This document shows, piece by piece, positions 16,684 to 26,067 of a stretch of DNA of 57,234 nt (position 1 is the stretch's first letter; each line of letters begins with the position of its first letter). The notes below the pieces were generated by a model. The model had not been told where the DNA came from and searched no databases. It was given only the letters and a program-made list of their open reading frames with translations. Both the position numbers and the translations under genes were made by a program. This DNA is from Acidobacteriaceae bacterium. GTDB lineage: Bacteria; Acidobacteriota; Terriglobia; Terriglobales; Acidobacteriaceae. The DNA lies in the NCBI GenBank assembly GCA_050011735.1, contig JBEKIN010000001.1:1-57234 (forward strand). The letters run 5' to 3'.

Positions 16684-18078
16684 CTAATTGGCCGTCGGCT
16701 GCGTCTCAAAAACCTGCGTCGCCGTGCCGCCGGCAATGCGGTAGATGGTGAACTGCCGGTAGGTCTGCCCGCGCAGCTCGAAGATCAGGTCCGCGCGCCC
16801 GTTGCCCTCGGTGTCCACGGCATCCACCAGGCGATATCGCGGCGCAATATCCAGTGCGTTGTCGCTGGTCACCTGCTTCAGCAGCACCTTGGGCTGCCCA
16901 TAGAAATCGGGCTGCGCGACAATCGTCACGTATTTCGCCGGCGCTCCCGTCGAGCGTGCGGTGAGGACCATGGTGGCCCCGCCGCCAAAACTCAGGCTGT
17001 AACACCGGAAATCCTCATCGGCCAGCGCCGACGGAGCAGGTGCGGCTGGCGCGTGCGCCCTGCGATGCGCTGCGCTCGCGGTCTTCGTAGTCGTAGCCGC
17101 CGTGGTTGCCGGTGGAACAATCGCCTGCTGCGCGATCGTTTCCAGTGCCGCCTTCATCTTGTTCTCATCGTCCGGATTCGACCACGTGAACACCAGGGAC
17201 TCCGTGTCCCCCGCGCGATCGTCCGAGATGCCCGCCATCTGGTTCATGTCCGGAGGCAGCCCGAACAGTGCGGTCGGCTTATCCAGCTTCGACTGATCCA
17301 CCGGCGCCGTGTATCCCAAGTGCGGCCGATCTGGATCGATCGCCGGCTGTGCGCCGGCCACTTCTCCGGACGCATTGGACCGCCGGTGAAACGTTGGCCG
17401 ATCCGCGTCGACGTCCGGCTGGCTCGAGGTTGAAGAACTGGCACCTGCGCTGCCTGACCCCGAATCGCCGCCGCTCGGGCGCGGGTGCAGCGTTGGCCGG
17501 TCCGGATCGACCGGAGGCGCATTCTGCGCGCTGGTCCCCGTCCCGGAACCCGCGCCGGCGGTGGCCTCGGTCCCGGCCTGGTTCTGCTCGTCCGCCGGCC
17601 GATGCGCAAAGTGCGGCTTGTCCGGATCGACGTCCCTCACCTCATAGGTGTGTCCGCTCTTTGCCGGCGATGCCTTCGGCTTGGGAGCAGGCGGCGCTTC
17701 AAAGCTGCCCACGCCGATCCACAGCCCGGCGAGATCCTCCGAGTCTTTTATGTTGAAAAATCCCTTTGGCTTTCCCGCCGTTTCCAGCTCATACTGCGTG
17801 CCCGAAAGGACTGCCAGAGGCGCAGGCTGCGCCAGGTAGAGCCCGCCCGGCTGGTACTGCATGCCGTCCCAAATAACAATCGGCACCAGCCGGCTCTCTT
17901 TAATTTTGCCGAGATCCCCGGTGTATTCCAGAATCGCCGTGGCGCGAAGGTGCGTCCCGTTCTGCTGCTCCGCCTCATCTACATGCCCTGGATACTGTGC
18001 ATACGCAGGAAGGCCACACGCTGCGGCCACCGCTGCGATCCAAGCCAACCTAAAACATCCTGTGCGAACCCGTGACAT
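16684..18078 (-). CDS. Secreted hypothetical protein with four (V/I)D(P/A)D(R/K)P repeats and a C-terminal FG-GAP-like segment
   Basis: Signal peptide (M)SRVRTGCFRLAWIAAVAAACGLPAYA. Repeats VDPDKPHFAHRP, VDPDRPTLHPRP, VDADRPTFHRR and IDPDRPHLGY are separated by G/S/T linkers. C-terminus contains VDAVDTEGNGRADLIFEL. ATG at 18078; an in-frame GTG at 18087 is an alternative start. Confidence 0.7.
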   Translation of the reverse strand: MSRVRTGCFRLAWIAAVAAACGLPAYAQYPGHVDEAEQQNGTHLRATAILEYTGDLGKIKESRLVPIVIWDGMQYQPGGLYLAQPAPLAVLSGTQYELETAGKPKGFFNIKDSEDLAGLWIGVGSFEAPPAPKPKASPAKSGHTYEVRDVDPDKPHFAHRPADEQNQAGTEATAGAGSGTGTSAQNAPPVDPDRPTLHPRPSGGDSGSGSAGASSSTSSQPDVDADRPTFHRRSNASGEVAGAQPAIDPDRPHLGYTAPVDQSKLDKPTALFGLPPDMNQMAGISDDRAGDTESLVFTWSNPDDENKMKAALETIAQQAIVPPATTAATTTKTASAAHRRAHAPAAPAPSALADEDFRCYSLSFGGGATMVLTARSTGAPAKYVTIVAQPDFYGQPKVLLKQVTSDNALDIAPRYRLVDAVDTEGNGRADLIFELRGQTYRQFTIYRIAGGTATQVFETQPTAN

Positions 18079-18153
18079 AATCCTCACTGCTACAAGACAA
18101 TTTTAATCGTCCGCCGCTGCACGGACATTGCACCTGCTTTTTGAAGGGGAAAA

Positions 18154-18621
18154 ATGGAAATCAACGACAAAGTTGCCGATTTTACGCTCCAGGACGACTC
18201 GGAGAAGACCATCCATCTGAAGGATTTCGCCGGCAAGCCGGTCGTTCTCTTCTTCTATCCGAAAGCCGATACCCCTGGCTGCACCATCGAGGCTTGCGGG
18301 TTTCGCGACCAGTTCAAAAAGATCCAGAACACCGGCGCCATCGTCCTCGGCATCTCCCGTGACACGCCAGCGGCGCAGAAGAAGTTCCGCGAAAAGTACG
18401 ACCTGCCGTATCCCCTCCTTGCTGATGTAGACGAAACCGTTTGCAAACAGTTTGACGTGCTGAAGGAAAAGAATATGTACGGCAAGACGGTCATCGGCAT
18501 CGAGCGCACCACCTTCCTGATCGGCCCTGACCAGCGCCTGCTCAAAATCTTCCCCAAAGTGAAGCCCGAGGGCCATGCCGAGGAGGTCCTCGCGGCGGTG
18601 AAAGGGCTGCCGTCCAGCTAA
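18154..18621 (+). CDS. bcp: Thioredoxin-dependent thiol peroxidase (peroxiredoxin, BCP family)
   Basis: FFYPKADTPGCTIEACGFRD, with the peroxidatic Cys in the PGCT context and the resolving Cys 5 residues later. 155 aa. Confidence 0.92.
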   Translation: MEINDKVADFTLQDDSEKTIHLKDFAGKPVVLFFYPKADTPGCTIEACGFRDQFKKIQNTGAIVLGISRDTPAAQKKFREKYDLPYPLLADVDETVCKQFDVLKEKNMYGKTVIGIERTTFLIGPDQRLLKIFPKVKPEGHAEEVLAAVKGLPSS

Positions 18622-19221
18622 ATGGCGAAGTTTCCCGTCCTGCCGCGCGAGTTCTACCTCGACCCTCCCGATGTCGTTGCGCAGGGTCTTCTCGGCAAGG
18701 TCCTGGTGCGGCGATATGAGGGGAAGCGCCTCACTGGCCGCATTGTCGAGGTGGAGGCCTACTTTGGCCTCGAAGATCCTGCCGCGCACACCTTTGCCGG
18801 CAAGACCGAGCGCAACGAGGTCCTCTTTGGCCCTCCTGGTTTCGCCTACGTTTACTTCATCTACGGCATGCACTTCTGCCTGAATTTCTCCTGCGAGCCC
18901 GATGGCCAGCCAGGAGGTGTGCTGCTGCGGGCGCTTGAGCCGCTTGAAGGACTGCGGACCATGGCCCGCCTGCGAGGGATCGCTTCCACCGTGAATCCTC
19001 GCCTTCTCACCTCCGGACCAGGCCGCCTCTGCCAGGCTCTCGACATCGAGCGGGAGACGCACAACGGCATCGACGTCACCAGCTCCCGCTCCGGCCTGCA
19101 TGTTGAAGACGACGGCTTTGCGACGCCGGAGATCGTCGCCTCCCCTCGAATCGGCATCCGCAAAGCGGCGGAGCGGCCGCTCCGTTTTGCTATCGCTGGC
19201 AACCGATTCGTCTCAAAATGA
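18622..19221 (+). CDS. DNA-3-methyladenine glycosylase (MPG/AAG family)
   Basis: GRIVEVEAYFGLEDPAAHTFAGKTERNEVLFGPPGFAYVYFIYGMHFCLN matches the MPG family core. The ATG directly follows the bcp stop. Confidence 0.9.
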   Translation: MAKFPVLPREFYLDPPDVVAQGLLGKVLVRRYEGKRLTGRIVEVEAYFGLEDPAAHTFAGKTERNEVLFGPPGFAYVYFIYGMHFCLNFSCEPDGQPGGVLLRALEPLEGLRTMARLRGIASTVNPRLLTSGPGRLCQALDIERETHNGIDVTSSRSGLHVEDDGFATPEIVASPRIGIRKAAERPLRFAIAGNRFVSK

Positions 19222-19332
19222 ATGCTCTGTCACCTCAGGATCGACGGAAAAGGTCGTCGGTGGGTGTTGTGTACCATGATTTACAGGCGAAGCTTCTCCA
19301 GGTTCCAGTCCAACTCTTCAGGAAACGCATTG

Positions 19333-19848
19333 ATGCAGAGCAAGTTGTTCGTCGCTGCAGTCTTTTCGCTCTCTCTCTCCACGCAGCCGCTCCTCGGTCA
19401 GCAATCGCCGGCACCCGCCGGTCAAACCGCACCACAGGCTCAGCCCAGTGCTCGTCCGCGGCGCCCGCAGCCGAAGCCGGTGAACCTGCAAGTGCTGCCG
19501 AAAGACATCGCGCGTGAGGACCTGATCAAGATCATGCGCGGCTACGCCGGTTCCCTGAGCGTCGAATGCAACTTCTGCCACGCCGTGAATCCTCAGACGC
19601 ACAGGCTCGACTTTCCCTCCGACGCGAAGGATGACAAGACGATTGCGCGCACCATGATCCTGATGACCCAGACGATCAATGAGCAATACATGACGCAGGT
19701 CCATGATCCGGACGCAATGCCGGAGGATAAGCACGTCACCTGCGGCACCTGCCATCGCGGCCACTCCATGCCGGAACACTTCGTTCCACCGGCCGAGCCG
19801 CGCCATCGCCCGTCGGACGACGATGAAGGGGCTGGATCGCCGCAATAA
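19333..19848 (+). CDS. Secreted dihaem c-type cytochrome, possibly reaction-centre cytochrome-c-subunit-like family
   Basis: Signal peptide MQSKLFVAAVFSLSLSTQPLLG. Two CxxCH motifs (CNFCH, CGTCH), with the second followed by RGH. The start is chosen at the signal peptide; the ORF is open back to 19222. Confidence 0.65.
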   Translation: MQSKLFVAAVFSLSLSTQPLLGQQSPAPAGQTAPQAQPSARPRRPQPKPVNLQVLPKDIAREDLIKIMRGYAGSLSVECNFCHAVNPQTHRLDFPSDAKDDKTIARTMILMTQTINEQYMTQVHDPDAMPEDKHVTCGTCHRGHSMPEHFVPPAEPRHRPSDDDEGAGSPQ

Positions 19849-19854
19849 ATCCGC

Positions 19855-20703
19855 TCAGGGCGGCGGAACCAGCAGGTTATCGATCAGCCTTGCGGGACCG
19901 ACCACTGCCGCCACCGCTACCAGCGCGCCCGCGCTGACATCCGCCAGGTCTTCCAGCGTCTCCGGATCGACGATGCGCAAATAGTCGAGCCGGATCTCCG
20001 GCTCTTCGGCCAGAACGGCCAGCCCAGCATCGATCAGCGGCACAGATTCGAACACACCGGCGGCAATCCGCGCTTCAATGTGGCGCAAAGCCCGGCTCAG
20101 CACCAGCGCACTCTGTCGCTCTTCCGCGGACAAATAGTGATTGCGCGAACTCATCGCCAGCCCGTCTGGCTCGCGAACCGTCGGGCAGACCACCAGCTCC
20201 AGGTTGAAATTCAAATCGCGGACCATGCGCCGCAGCACGGCTAACTGGGCCGCGTCCTTCTGCCCGAAGAACGCATGGTTCGGCTGGATGATGTTGAACA
20301 GTTTCGCCACCACTGTCGCCACGCCGCGAAAATGGCCCGGCCTCGACAACCCGTCCAGCCGATCCGAGATCCCCTCGACTTCAACAACGGTGCTGGCTCC
20401 CGCTGGATAAATCTCGGACGCCTCCGGCGCAAACAACACATCCACCCTTTCGGCTTCGAGCAGAGCGCAATCCGCCTCAAACCTCCTCGGATACTTCGAG
20501 AAGTCCTCTCCGGGCGCGAACTGTGTGGGATTGACGAAGATCGTGGCTACCACCGCATCACAGGCCGCTTTGGCCGCGCGCACCAGAGAGAGATGTCCCT
20601 CATGCAGCGCACCCATGGTCGGCACGAGTCCGATGCAGCGCCGCTCAGCGCGCAGTTGCGCAACCGCGGCTCGCGCCTCGGCAATGGTTTTTGCAATCAG
20701 CAT
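19855..20703 (-). CDS. panC: Pantoate--beta-alanine ligase
   Basis: VPTMGALHEGHLSLV (HxGH motif) and FGQKDAAQL. Confidence 0.94.
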   Translation of the reverse strand: MLIAKTIAEARAAVAQLRAERRCIGLVPTMGALHEGHLSLVRAAKAACDAVVATIFVNPTQFAPGEDFSKYPRRFEADCALLEAERVDVLFAPEASEIYPAGASTVVEVEGISDRLDGLSRPGHFRGVATVVAKLFNIIQPNHAFFGQKDAAQLAVLRRMVRDLNFNLELVVCPTVREPDGLAMSSRNHYLSAEERQSALVLSRALRHIEARIAAGVFESVPLIDAGLAVLAEEPEIRLDYLRIVDPETLEDLADVSAGALVAVAAVVGPARLIDNLLVPPP

Positions 20704-20712
20704 CGCGCCGAA

Positions 20713-21609
20713 TCAGGCCTTCTGGCGAAGTACCGGCGTTCCCAGCGCCGCCGCCACGTCCTTGGGCAGATGATAGCTCTCGCTGTCGGCGGGAAAGGCT
20801 CGCTCTTCCACGTCGCGCCGATAGGCTTCCACCGCGTTCCGGAAGAGAGCCGCCGCATCGCCATATTGGCGCACGAATTTCGCGGGCTGGGAAAAGGTGA
20901 GATTCACCAGGTCATGGAAGACCAGAATCTGCCCATCGCAATCCGGTCCCGCGCCAATCCCAATCGTCGGAATCCCGACCTCCGCCGTGATCCGCGCCGC
21001 GACTTCCCGCGGCATGCCCTCCAGCACCAGCATCACTGCGCCTGCGGACTCCAGCGCGTGCGCATCGTGCAGCAGCTCGTTGATCGCGGCGGCAGATTTC
21101 CCCTGCACCTTGTATCCGCCCATCCGATGCACCGACTGCGGCGTGAGCCCCAAATGCCCGATTACTGGAATTTCCGCCGAAGTCAGCCGTTCCACCAGCT
21201 CAGCCCGGCTTGCGCCGCCTTCAATCTTGACTGCCTGCGCGCCAGCTTCCTTCACAAAGCGCACTGCGTTGGCGACCGCGTTATCTGCGCTCAGGTGGTA
21301 CGAACCCCATGGCATATCCGCCGCGACAATTGCCCGACGCACCGCTCGACGCACTGCGCGCGTATGGTGCAGCATCTCGTCGACCGTCACCGGCAGCGTT
21401 GTGTCGTAGCCCATCACCACCATGGCGAGCGAGTCGCCGACGAGGATCAGGTCGATCCCAGCCTCGTCGACGAGCCGTGCCGTTGCGTAGTCGTAGGCGG
21501 TCAGCGCGGTAATCGGCCTGCCCGTCTGCTTCTTTTCCTGGATTGTCTGGAAGGTCACTGGAACCGGCGTGGATGCCGGCTCATCGTTGCGGAACTGCGT
21601 GAGGCTCAT
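20713..21609 (-). CDS. panB: 3-methyl-2-oxobutanoate hydroxymethyltransferase
   Basis: ITALTAYDYATARLVDEAGIDLILVGDSLAMVVMGYDTTLPVT and VKIEGG. I chose the start at ATG 21609, which is preceded by GGAGAC. The track ORF extends 17 codons further, to 21660. Confidence 0.92.
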   Translation of the reverse strand: MSLTQFRNDEPASTPVPVTFQTIQEKKQTGRPITALTAYDYATARLVDEAGIDLILVGDSLAMVVMGYDTTLPVTVDEMLHHTRAVRRAVRRAIVAADMPWGSYHLSADNAVANAVRFVKEAGAQAVKIEGGASRAELVERLTSAEIPVIGHLGLTPQSVHRMGGYKVQGKSAAAINELLHDAHALESAGAVMLVLEGMPREVAARITAEVGIPTIGIGAGPDCDGQILVFHDLVNLTFSQPAKFVRQYGDAAALFRNAVEAYRRDVEERAFPADSESYHLPKDVAAALGTPVLRQKA

Positions 21610-21922
21610 GTTGTCTCCAGTGCGGCTTCTCCCTCGTACTGAGAATGCCACCCGAACCAACTACAGACGATACGCCTCAGATGAGCAGTAGACAAACCGG
21701 CGCCTGGTTCGTTGCCAAATGCGGTGGCATTCGGCTCGCGATCGACGAACAGGCCTACCCTTTTTTTGTGCAAATGTATGAATACAGGGCACTTCGAGAG
21801 GGCCTCAACCTGCAACTAATTGATTTCGCATCACTTACGAAAAGGCCTTTTGACAACTGATGAAAAAGAAAGGGGTTGGGCTCGGCAGAGGGCCTGCTCG
21901 CTGACCGGATATCTTCCTGGTT

Positions 21923-22804
21923 CTAAAGCTTGAGCGTCTTCAGATAGTCGCGAAACGCCGGCCCCAGATCCTCCCGCTTGAGTGCGAACTCGACGGTCGC
22001 TCTCAGCATGCCGAATTTGTCGCCGGCGTCGTGACGAACTCCCTCGAAGCTGTACCCGTAGACTTTCTCGGTTTCCAGCAGGCCCTTGATGCCGTCGGTG
22101 AGCTGCAGCTCGCCACCGGCGCCCAGCGGCGTGTGCTCGAGCAGATCGAAGATCGCCGGCGTGAGAATGTAACGGCCGATGATGGCATTCTTCGACGGCG
22201 CTTCCGCCGGTTTCGGCTTCTCAACCAGGCCCGAGACGTCGAACAACCTCGGATTGTCCGGCACCGGCTTTCCGTCCAGCACGCCGTACGCGGAAATCGC
22301 ATCCCCTTCGATGACCTGAGTCGCGACGATCGACGACTGCACTTTCTCGAAGACGTCCATCATCTGCTTCAGGCAGGGAGTCTCGGCATCGATGACGTCG
22401 TCCGGCAGGATGACCGCGAAAGGCTCATCGCCCACCAGGTCGCGCGCCATCAGCACGGCGTGCCCCAGGCCCATGGCTTCTTTCTGCCGGACGTAGGAGA
22501 GCCGCACCATGTGCGAAACTTGCCGGCTCACCGCCAGCAGATCGGTCTTGCCGCGCTTCTCCAGCGTGCATTCCAGTTCGTAGCTCACGTCGAAATGGTC
22601 TTCGATGGCCGACTTGCCGCGCCCCGTCACGATCACGATCTGGTCGCAGCCCGCGGCCAGCGCTTCCTCCACGCCGTACTGGATGATCGGCTTGTCAACC
22701 AGGGCCAGCATTTCTTTGGGGATCGATTTGGTCGCCGGCAAAAAACGCGTGCCGAATCCCGCGGCCGGAAAGATTGCCTTGCGCACTTTCATCTGTGTGG
22801 ACAT
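21923..22804 (-). CDS. galU: UTP--glucose-1-phosphate uridylyltransferase
   Basis: KAIFPAAGFGTRFLPATKSIPKEMLALVDKPIIQY and VEKP. Confidence 0.93.
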   Translation of the reverse strand: MSTQMKVRKAIFPAAGFGTRFLPATKSIPKEMLALVDKPIIQYGVEEALAAGCDQIVIVTGRGKSAIEDHFDVSYELECTLEKRGKTDLLAVSRQVSHMVRLSYVRQKEAMGLGHAVLMARDLVGDEPFAVILPDDVIDAETPCLKQMMDVFEKVQSSIVATQVIEGDAISAYGVLDGKPVPDNPRLFDVSGLVEKPKPAEAPSKNAIIGRYILTPAIFDLLEHTPLGAGGELQLTDGIKGLLETEKVYGYSFEGVRHDAGDKFGMLRATVEFALKREDLGPAFRDYLKTLKL

Positions 22805-22896
22805 TGTGTGAGTTCAGATTCCTTCCCTAGCGCCGCTGGGCTCTTATGGCGAACCAGGCATTCTACAGCGAGACTCGGCCAGGATGCGACCACTTC

Positions 22897-24660
22897 TTAC
22901 AACGTTGGCGAATCGTCCCCCAGCAGCGCTTTCCGCACAACCTTGATGGGTGCGCCGCCCTGGTGCATAAAGTCGTCGTGAAACTTCTCCAGCGAGAAAC
23001 TGGCTCCCTCTTTTTTCTGGAGGTCCGACCTCAGCTTCATGATCTGTAACTTGCCCAGGGTGTAGTAGAGGTAGGTCGGGTCCGAAGTTCCCCGCTTGGT
23101 CTCCACATCCGCGATCGCCCGCGACTGGTAGCCCTCGTTGACGAAGAAATCCTGTGCCTGTTCCAGCGTCATGCCCTGGGTATGCATGCGGATTCCCACC
23201 ACGAAACGGGCATCCCGCAGCAGCGCATCCTGCAACTGCCCCAGCCGGATCAGCCGCGACTCGCGCTCGTCCTTCGCGCCCACGCCCGGCCGGTTGTAGC
23301 CCTCGTCCAGCATCATCTGCTCGCAGTAGTGAGCCCAGCCCTCGATATTCGTTGCCGAGCCGGTCAGCTTCCGCACCGCGCTCATCGGCGTGTGATTCAC
23401 CCACAGGAACTGCACGTAGTGGCCCGGATAGGCCTCATGAACGGAGGTGCTGATCACGGTGCCGACGTTGAACGCGGCCATGTAGTCGGCCACCTTGGCC
23501 GCCGGCCAGTCCTTCTCCGGGAGCGTCACGTTGAAGTACGCCGTCGAGGAATGTCGCTCGTACGGCCCAGGTGTATCCATCGAAGCCTGCGTCGTTGCGC
23601 GCATGAACGGTGGCGTCTCTTCCAGCGTCGGCTCGACGGTCGACGGGATGGTGATGATCTTCTTCGCCTGAATAAAAGCGATCAGGCTGTTGAACGTGTT
23701 GTGAAAGGTCTGGAGCAGCTGATCCGGCGGCGGATGAAGGCCGGCCAGTTCGGCAAGAACTTCCTTCGGCGTCTTCGCTGGATCCACTTCCTTCGCCATG
23801 CGGGTGAACTCCGCCTGGTTCCTGTGCAGGTCGTCGTAGCCAATCTGCAGCAGCCGGTCCAGCGGCGTGTCCACCATCTCGTCGTAGAGCAGCTTCCTGC
23901 TGAAGGTATCCGCGCCGATGCGAAAATCCCCATTGGACCTGGGCAGCAGATCGTTTTTCAGCCAGCCCTGGTAGTTATCGAGAGCCGCAATGACCGCGGC
24001 ATTGGTTTTCCTGAATTCGGCAATCGTCGCCTGATCCTTCGCGCTCTTAAAGGCATCCGGCACGTCGTTCTGGAAAAAACCGATCAGATCCGGCAGCTGC
24101 TCGAGCGCAATTTCTGTATAAATGCGCGGGGGATTCTTCAAATTTTGCCGGGCCGCCGTGAAGACCGCCGGCATCTGCTTCTCGCGGGCGATCAGCGACC
24201 GCAGCCGCTCATCTACCGGCGCAAAGTCCCGCTCCATCAGCACAAACGCGCTGTTCGTGATCCCGCTCGAGTAGTTGTCCGGATTCTTCTCCCACGCCCG
24301 AATCGTCTCCAGCTCGAGCAGGTTCCCACGAATGTTGTCGCGGACAATCGCCAGGTCGCCCTGGGTGCTCTGGTCGAGGCCGTCCGCGGGGAATGCATCG
24401 AATTTCCCCTCGTACCCCCGCAGCGCGGCGATTTCCGCCTGAACGCCCGCGCGGCTGTAGTCCTCGAGCCTGGTGTCGTACTGGTGAAAGCCGGAGAGGG
24501 TCGCGCCCGTCGGCCCGAAGTGAAATACCACGTCGGAGAAGTACTGATCGGCCAGGGCGCGGAATCTCGCACCGGCATCGGCAGCCTCGGGATTCATTGC
24601 TGGGGTGGTTGTCATGAGGCCAAAACAGGTCAGGAGAACTGCGGCGGATTTCCTCTTCAT
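22897..24660 (-). CDS. DUF885 family protein (secreted, metallopeptidase-like fold)
   Basis: Signal peptide MKRKSAAVLLTCFGLMTT. The HEAYPGHYVQF motif is characteristic of DUF885. 587 aa. Confidence 0.75.
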   Translation of the reverse strand: MKRKSAAVLLTCFGLMTTTPAMNPEAADAGARFRALADQYFSDVVFHFGPTGATLSGFHQYDTRLEDYSRAGVQAEIAALRGYEGKFDAFPADGLDQSTQGDLAIVRDNIRGNLLELETIRAWEKNPDNYSSGITNSAFVLMERDFAPVDERLRSLIAREKQMPAVFTAARQNLKNPPRIYTEIALEQLPDLIGFFQNDVPDAFKSAKDQATIAEFRKTNAAVIAALDNYQGWLKNDLLPRSNGDFRIGADTFSRKLLYDEMVDTPLDRLLQIGYDDLHRNQAEFTRMAKEVDPAKTPKEVLAELAGLHPPPDQLLQTFHNTFNSLIAFIQAKKIITIPSTVEPTLEETPPFMRATTQASMDTPGPYERHSSTAYFNVTLPEKDWPAAKVADYMAAFNVGTVISTSVHEAYPGHYVQFLWVNHTPMSAVRKLTGSATNIEGWAHYCEQMMLDEGYNRPGVGAKDERESRLIRLGQLQDALLRDARFVVGIRMHTQGMTLEQAQDFFVNEGYQSRAIADVETKRGTSDPTYLYYTLGKLQIMKLRSDLQKKEGASFSLEKFHDDFMHQGGAPIKVVRKALLGDDSPTL

Positions 24661-24723
24661 TGAGATTTAGTATCCGCTATTCGTTCAGATTCCGTCATCC
24701 CGCTCCCACCTATACTTGGAACC

Positions 24724-26031
24724 ATGTCCCTTGTTCTTACCCGATCGGATGCGCTTCGCCGGCGCGCGGAAAAGCTCTTTCCCGGCGGAGTCAACTCGCC
24801 CGTCCGCGCCTTTCGCGCTGTCGGCGGTGAGCCTCCGTTTGTCGAGCGCGGCGAAGGCGCCTACCTCTGGGACGCAGACGGCAATCGCTACATCGACTAT
24901 TTCGGCTCCTGGGGTCCCATGATCCTCGGCCACGCCTTTCCGCCCGTGGTCGAAGCCATTCAGGAGGCCGCGGTCCGCAGCGCCAGCTTCGGCGCGTCCA
25001 CGCAGGCCGAAGGCGACCTCGCCGAGCTGGTCCGTGGCGCGTACCCCTCCATCGAAAAGATGCGCTTCGTCAGCTCCGGCACCGAAGCCACCATGTCGGC
25101 GATTCGACTCGCTCGCGCCTTCACCGGCCGCAAGTACATCGTCAAGTTCGAAGGCTGCTACCACGGCCACGCCGACGGCCTCCTCGTTAAAGCCGGCTCC
25201 GGGGTGGCCACTTTCGGCATCCCTGGCTCTGCCGGCGTTCCCGAAGAAGTCGCCCACTTCACCCTCGCGCTGCCCTTCAACGACGTTGCCGCGGTCGAAG
25301 CGGCTTTCGCCGCCCGCCCCGGCGCAATTGCGGCCGTCATCGTCGAGCCTATCGTTGGCAACGCCGGCTGCATCGCGCCGGCGCCCGGCTACCTCGAAGC
25401 GCTCCGCACGCTGACCGAGCAGCACGGCGCGCTGCTCCTCTTCGATGAAGTTATGACTGGGTTCCGAGTGGCCTTTGGCGGGGCTCAGGAACTCTACGGC
25501 ATTCGCCCCGACCTTACGACGCTGGGCAAGATCCTCGGCGGTGGCCTGCCCGTCGGCGCATTTGGCGGCCCCGCCGGCATCATGGACCAGCTCGCGCCCC
25601 TGGGCCCGGTCTACCAGGCCGGCACGCTCAGCGGCAACCCCCTTGCTATGGCTGCCGGAATCGCCACCGTGGGCTATCTGCACGCCCATCGCAAAAATGT
25701 TTATCCAAAACTGGAAAAACTCAGCGCCGCGGTCGCCGACGGTATCGCTCACGCCGCCACTCAGCAGGGAATCCCCCTCACCACCAACCGCGTCGGCGCT
25801 ATGTTCACCTGGTTTTTCACTTCCGATCCCGTCACCGACTTCACAACCGCTGCTCGTTCCGACGCGAACCGCTTCGCTGCCTTCCACCGCGCCATGCTCC
25901 AGGCCGGCGTCTGGCTTCCGCCTTCGCAGTTCGAGGCGGCTTTCCTCAGCACGGCGCATACCGACGCCGACATCCGCCACACCGTCGAGGCGGCCCGACA
26001 GGCCTTCGCCGCCATCGCGGCGAAGTCCTGA
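24724..26031 (+). CDS. hemL: Glutamate-1-semialdehyde 2,1-aminomutase
   Basis: [27 protein letters not shown], and the PLP-lysine context [18 protein letters not shown]. Confidence 0.95.
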   Translation: MSLVLTRSDALRRRAEKLFPGGVNSPVRAFRAVGGEPPFVERGEGAYLWDADGNRYIDYFGSWGPMILGHAFPPVVEAIQEAAVRSASFGASTQAEGDLAELVRGAYPSIEKMRFVSSGTEATMSAIRLARAFTGRKYIVKFEGCYHGHADGLLVKAGSGVATFGIPGSAGVPEEVAHFTLALPFNDVAAVEAAFAARPGAIAAVIVEPIVGNAGCIAPAPGYLEALRTLTEQHGALLLFDEVMTGFRVAFGGAQELYGIRPDLTTLGKILGGGLPVGAFGGPAGIMDQLAPLGPVYQAGTLSGNPLAMAAGIATVGYLHAHRKNVYPKLEKLSAAVADGIAHAATQQGIPLTTNRVGAMFTWFFTSDPVTDFTTAARSDANRFAAFHRAMLQAGVWLPPSQFEAAFLSTAHTDADIRHTVEAARQAFAAIAAKS

Positions 26032-26067
26032 TCTGAAGAAATCGCAGAAGAAGCGAAGGGAGGCGGC

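Noticed and set aside
14855-17433. ORFs 14855..16249 (-, 464 aa) and 16240..17433 (+, 397 aa).
   Set aside because: The first is antisense to the adaptor and OMF genes. The second is antisense to the signal-peptide repeat protein and overlaps the end of the OMF gene. Neither has protein-like composition.
20275-25980. ORFs 20275..21642 (+, 455 aa), 23182..24663 (+, 493 aa) and 24685..25980 (-, 431 aa).
   Set aside because: They are antisense to panC/panB, DUF885 and hemL respectively. Their translations are Arg/His/Pro-rich junk.
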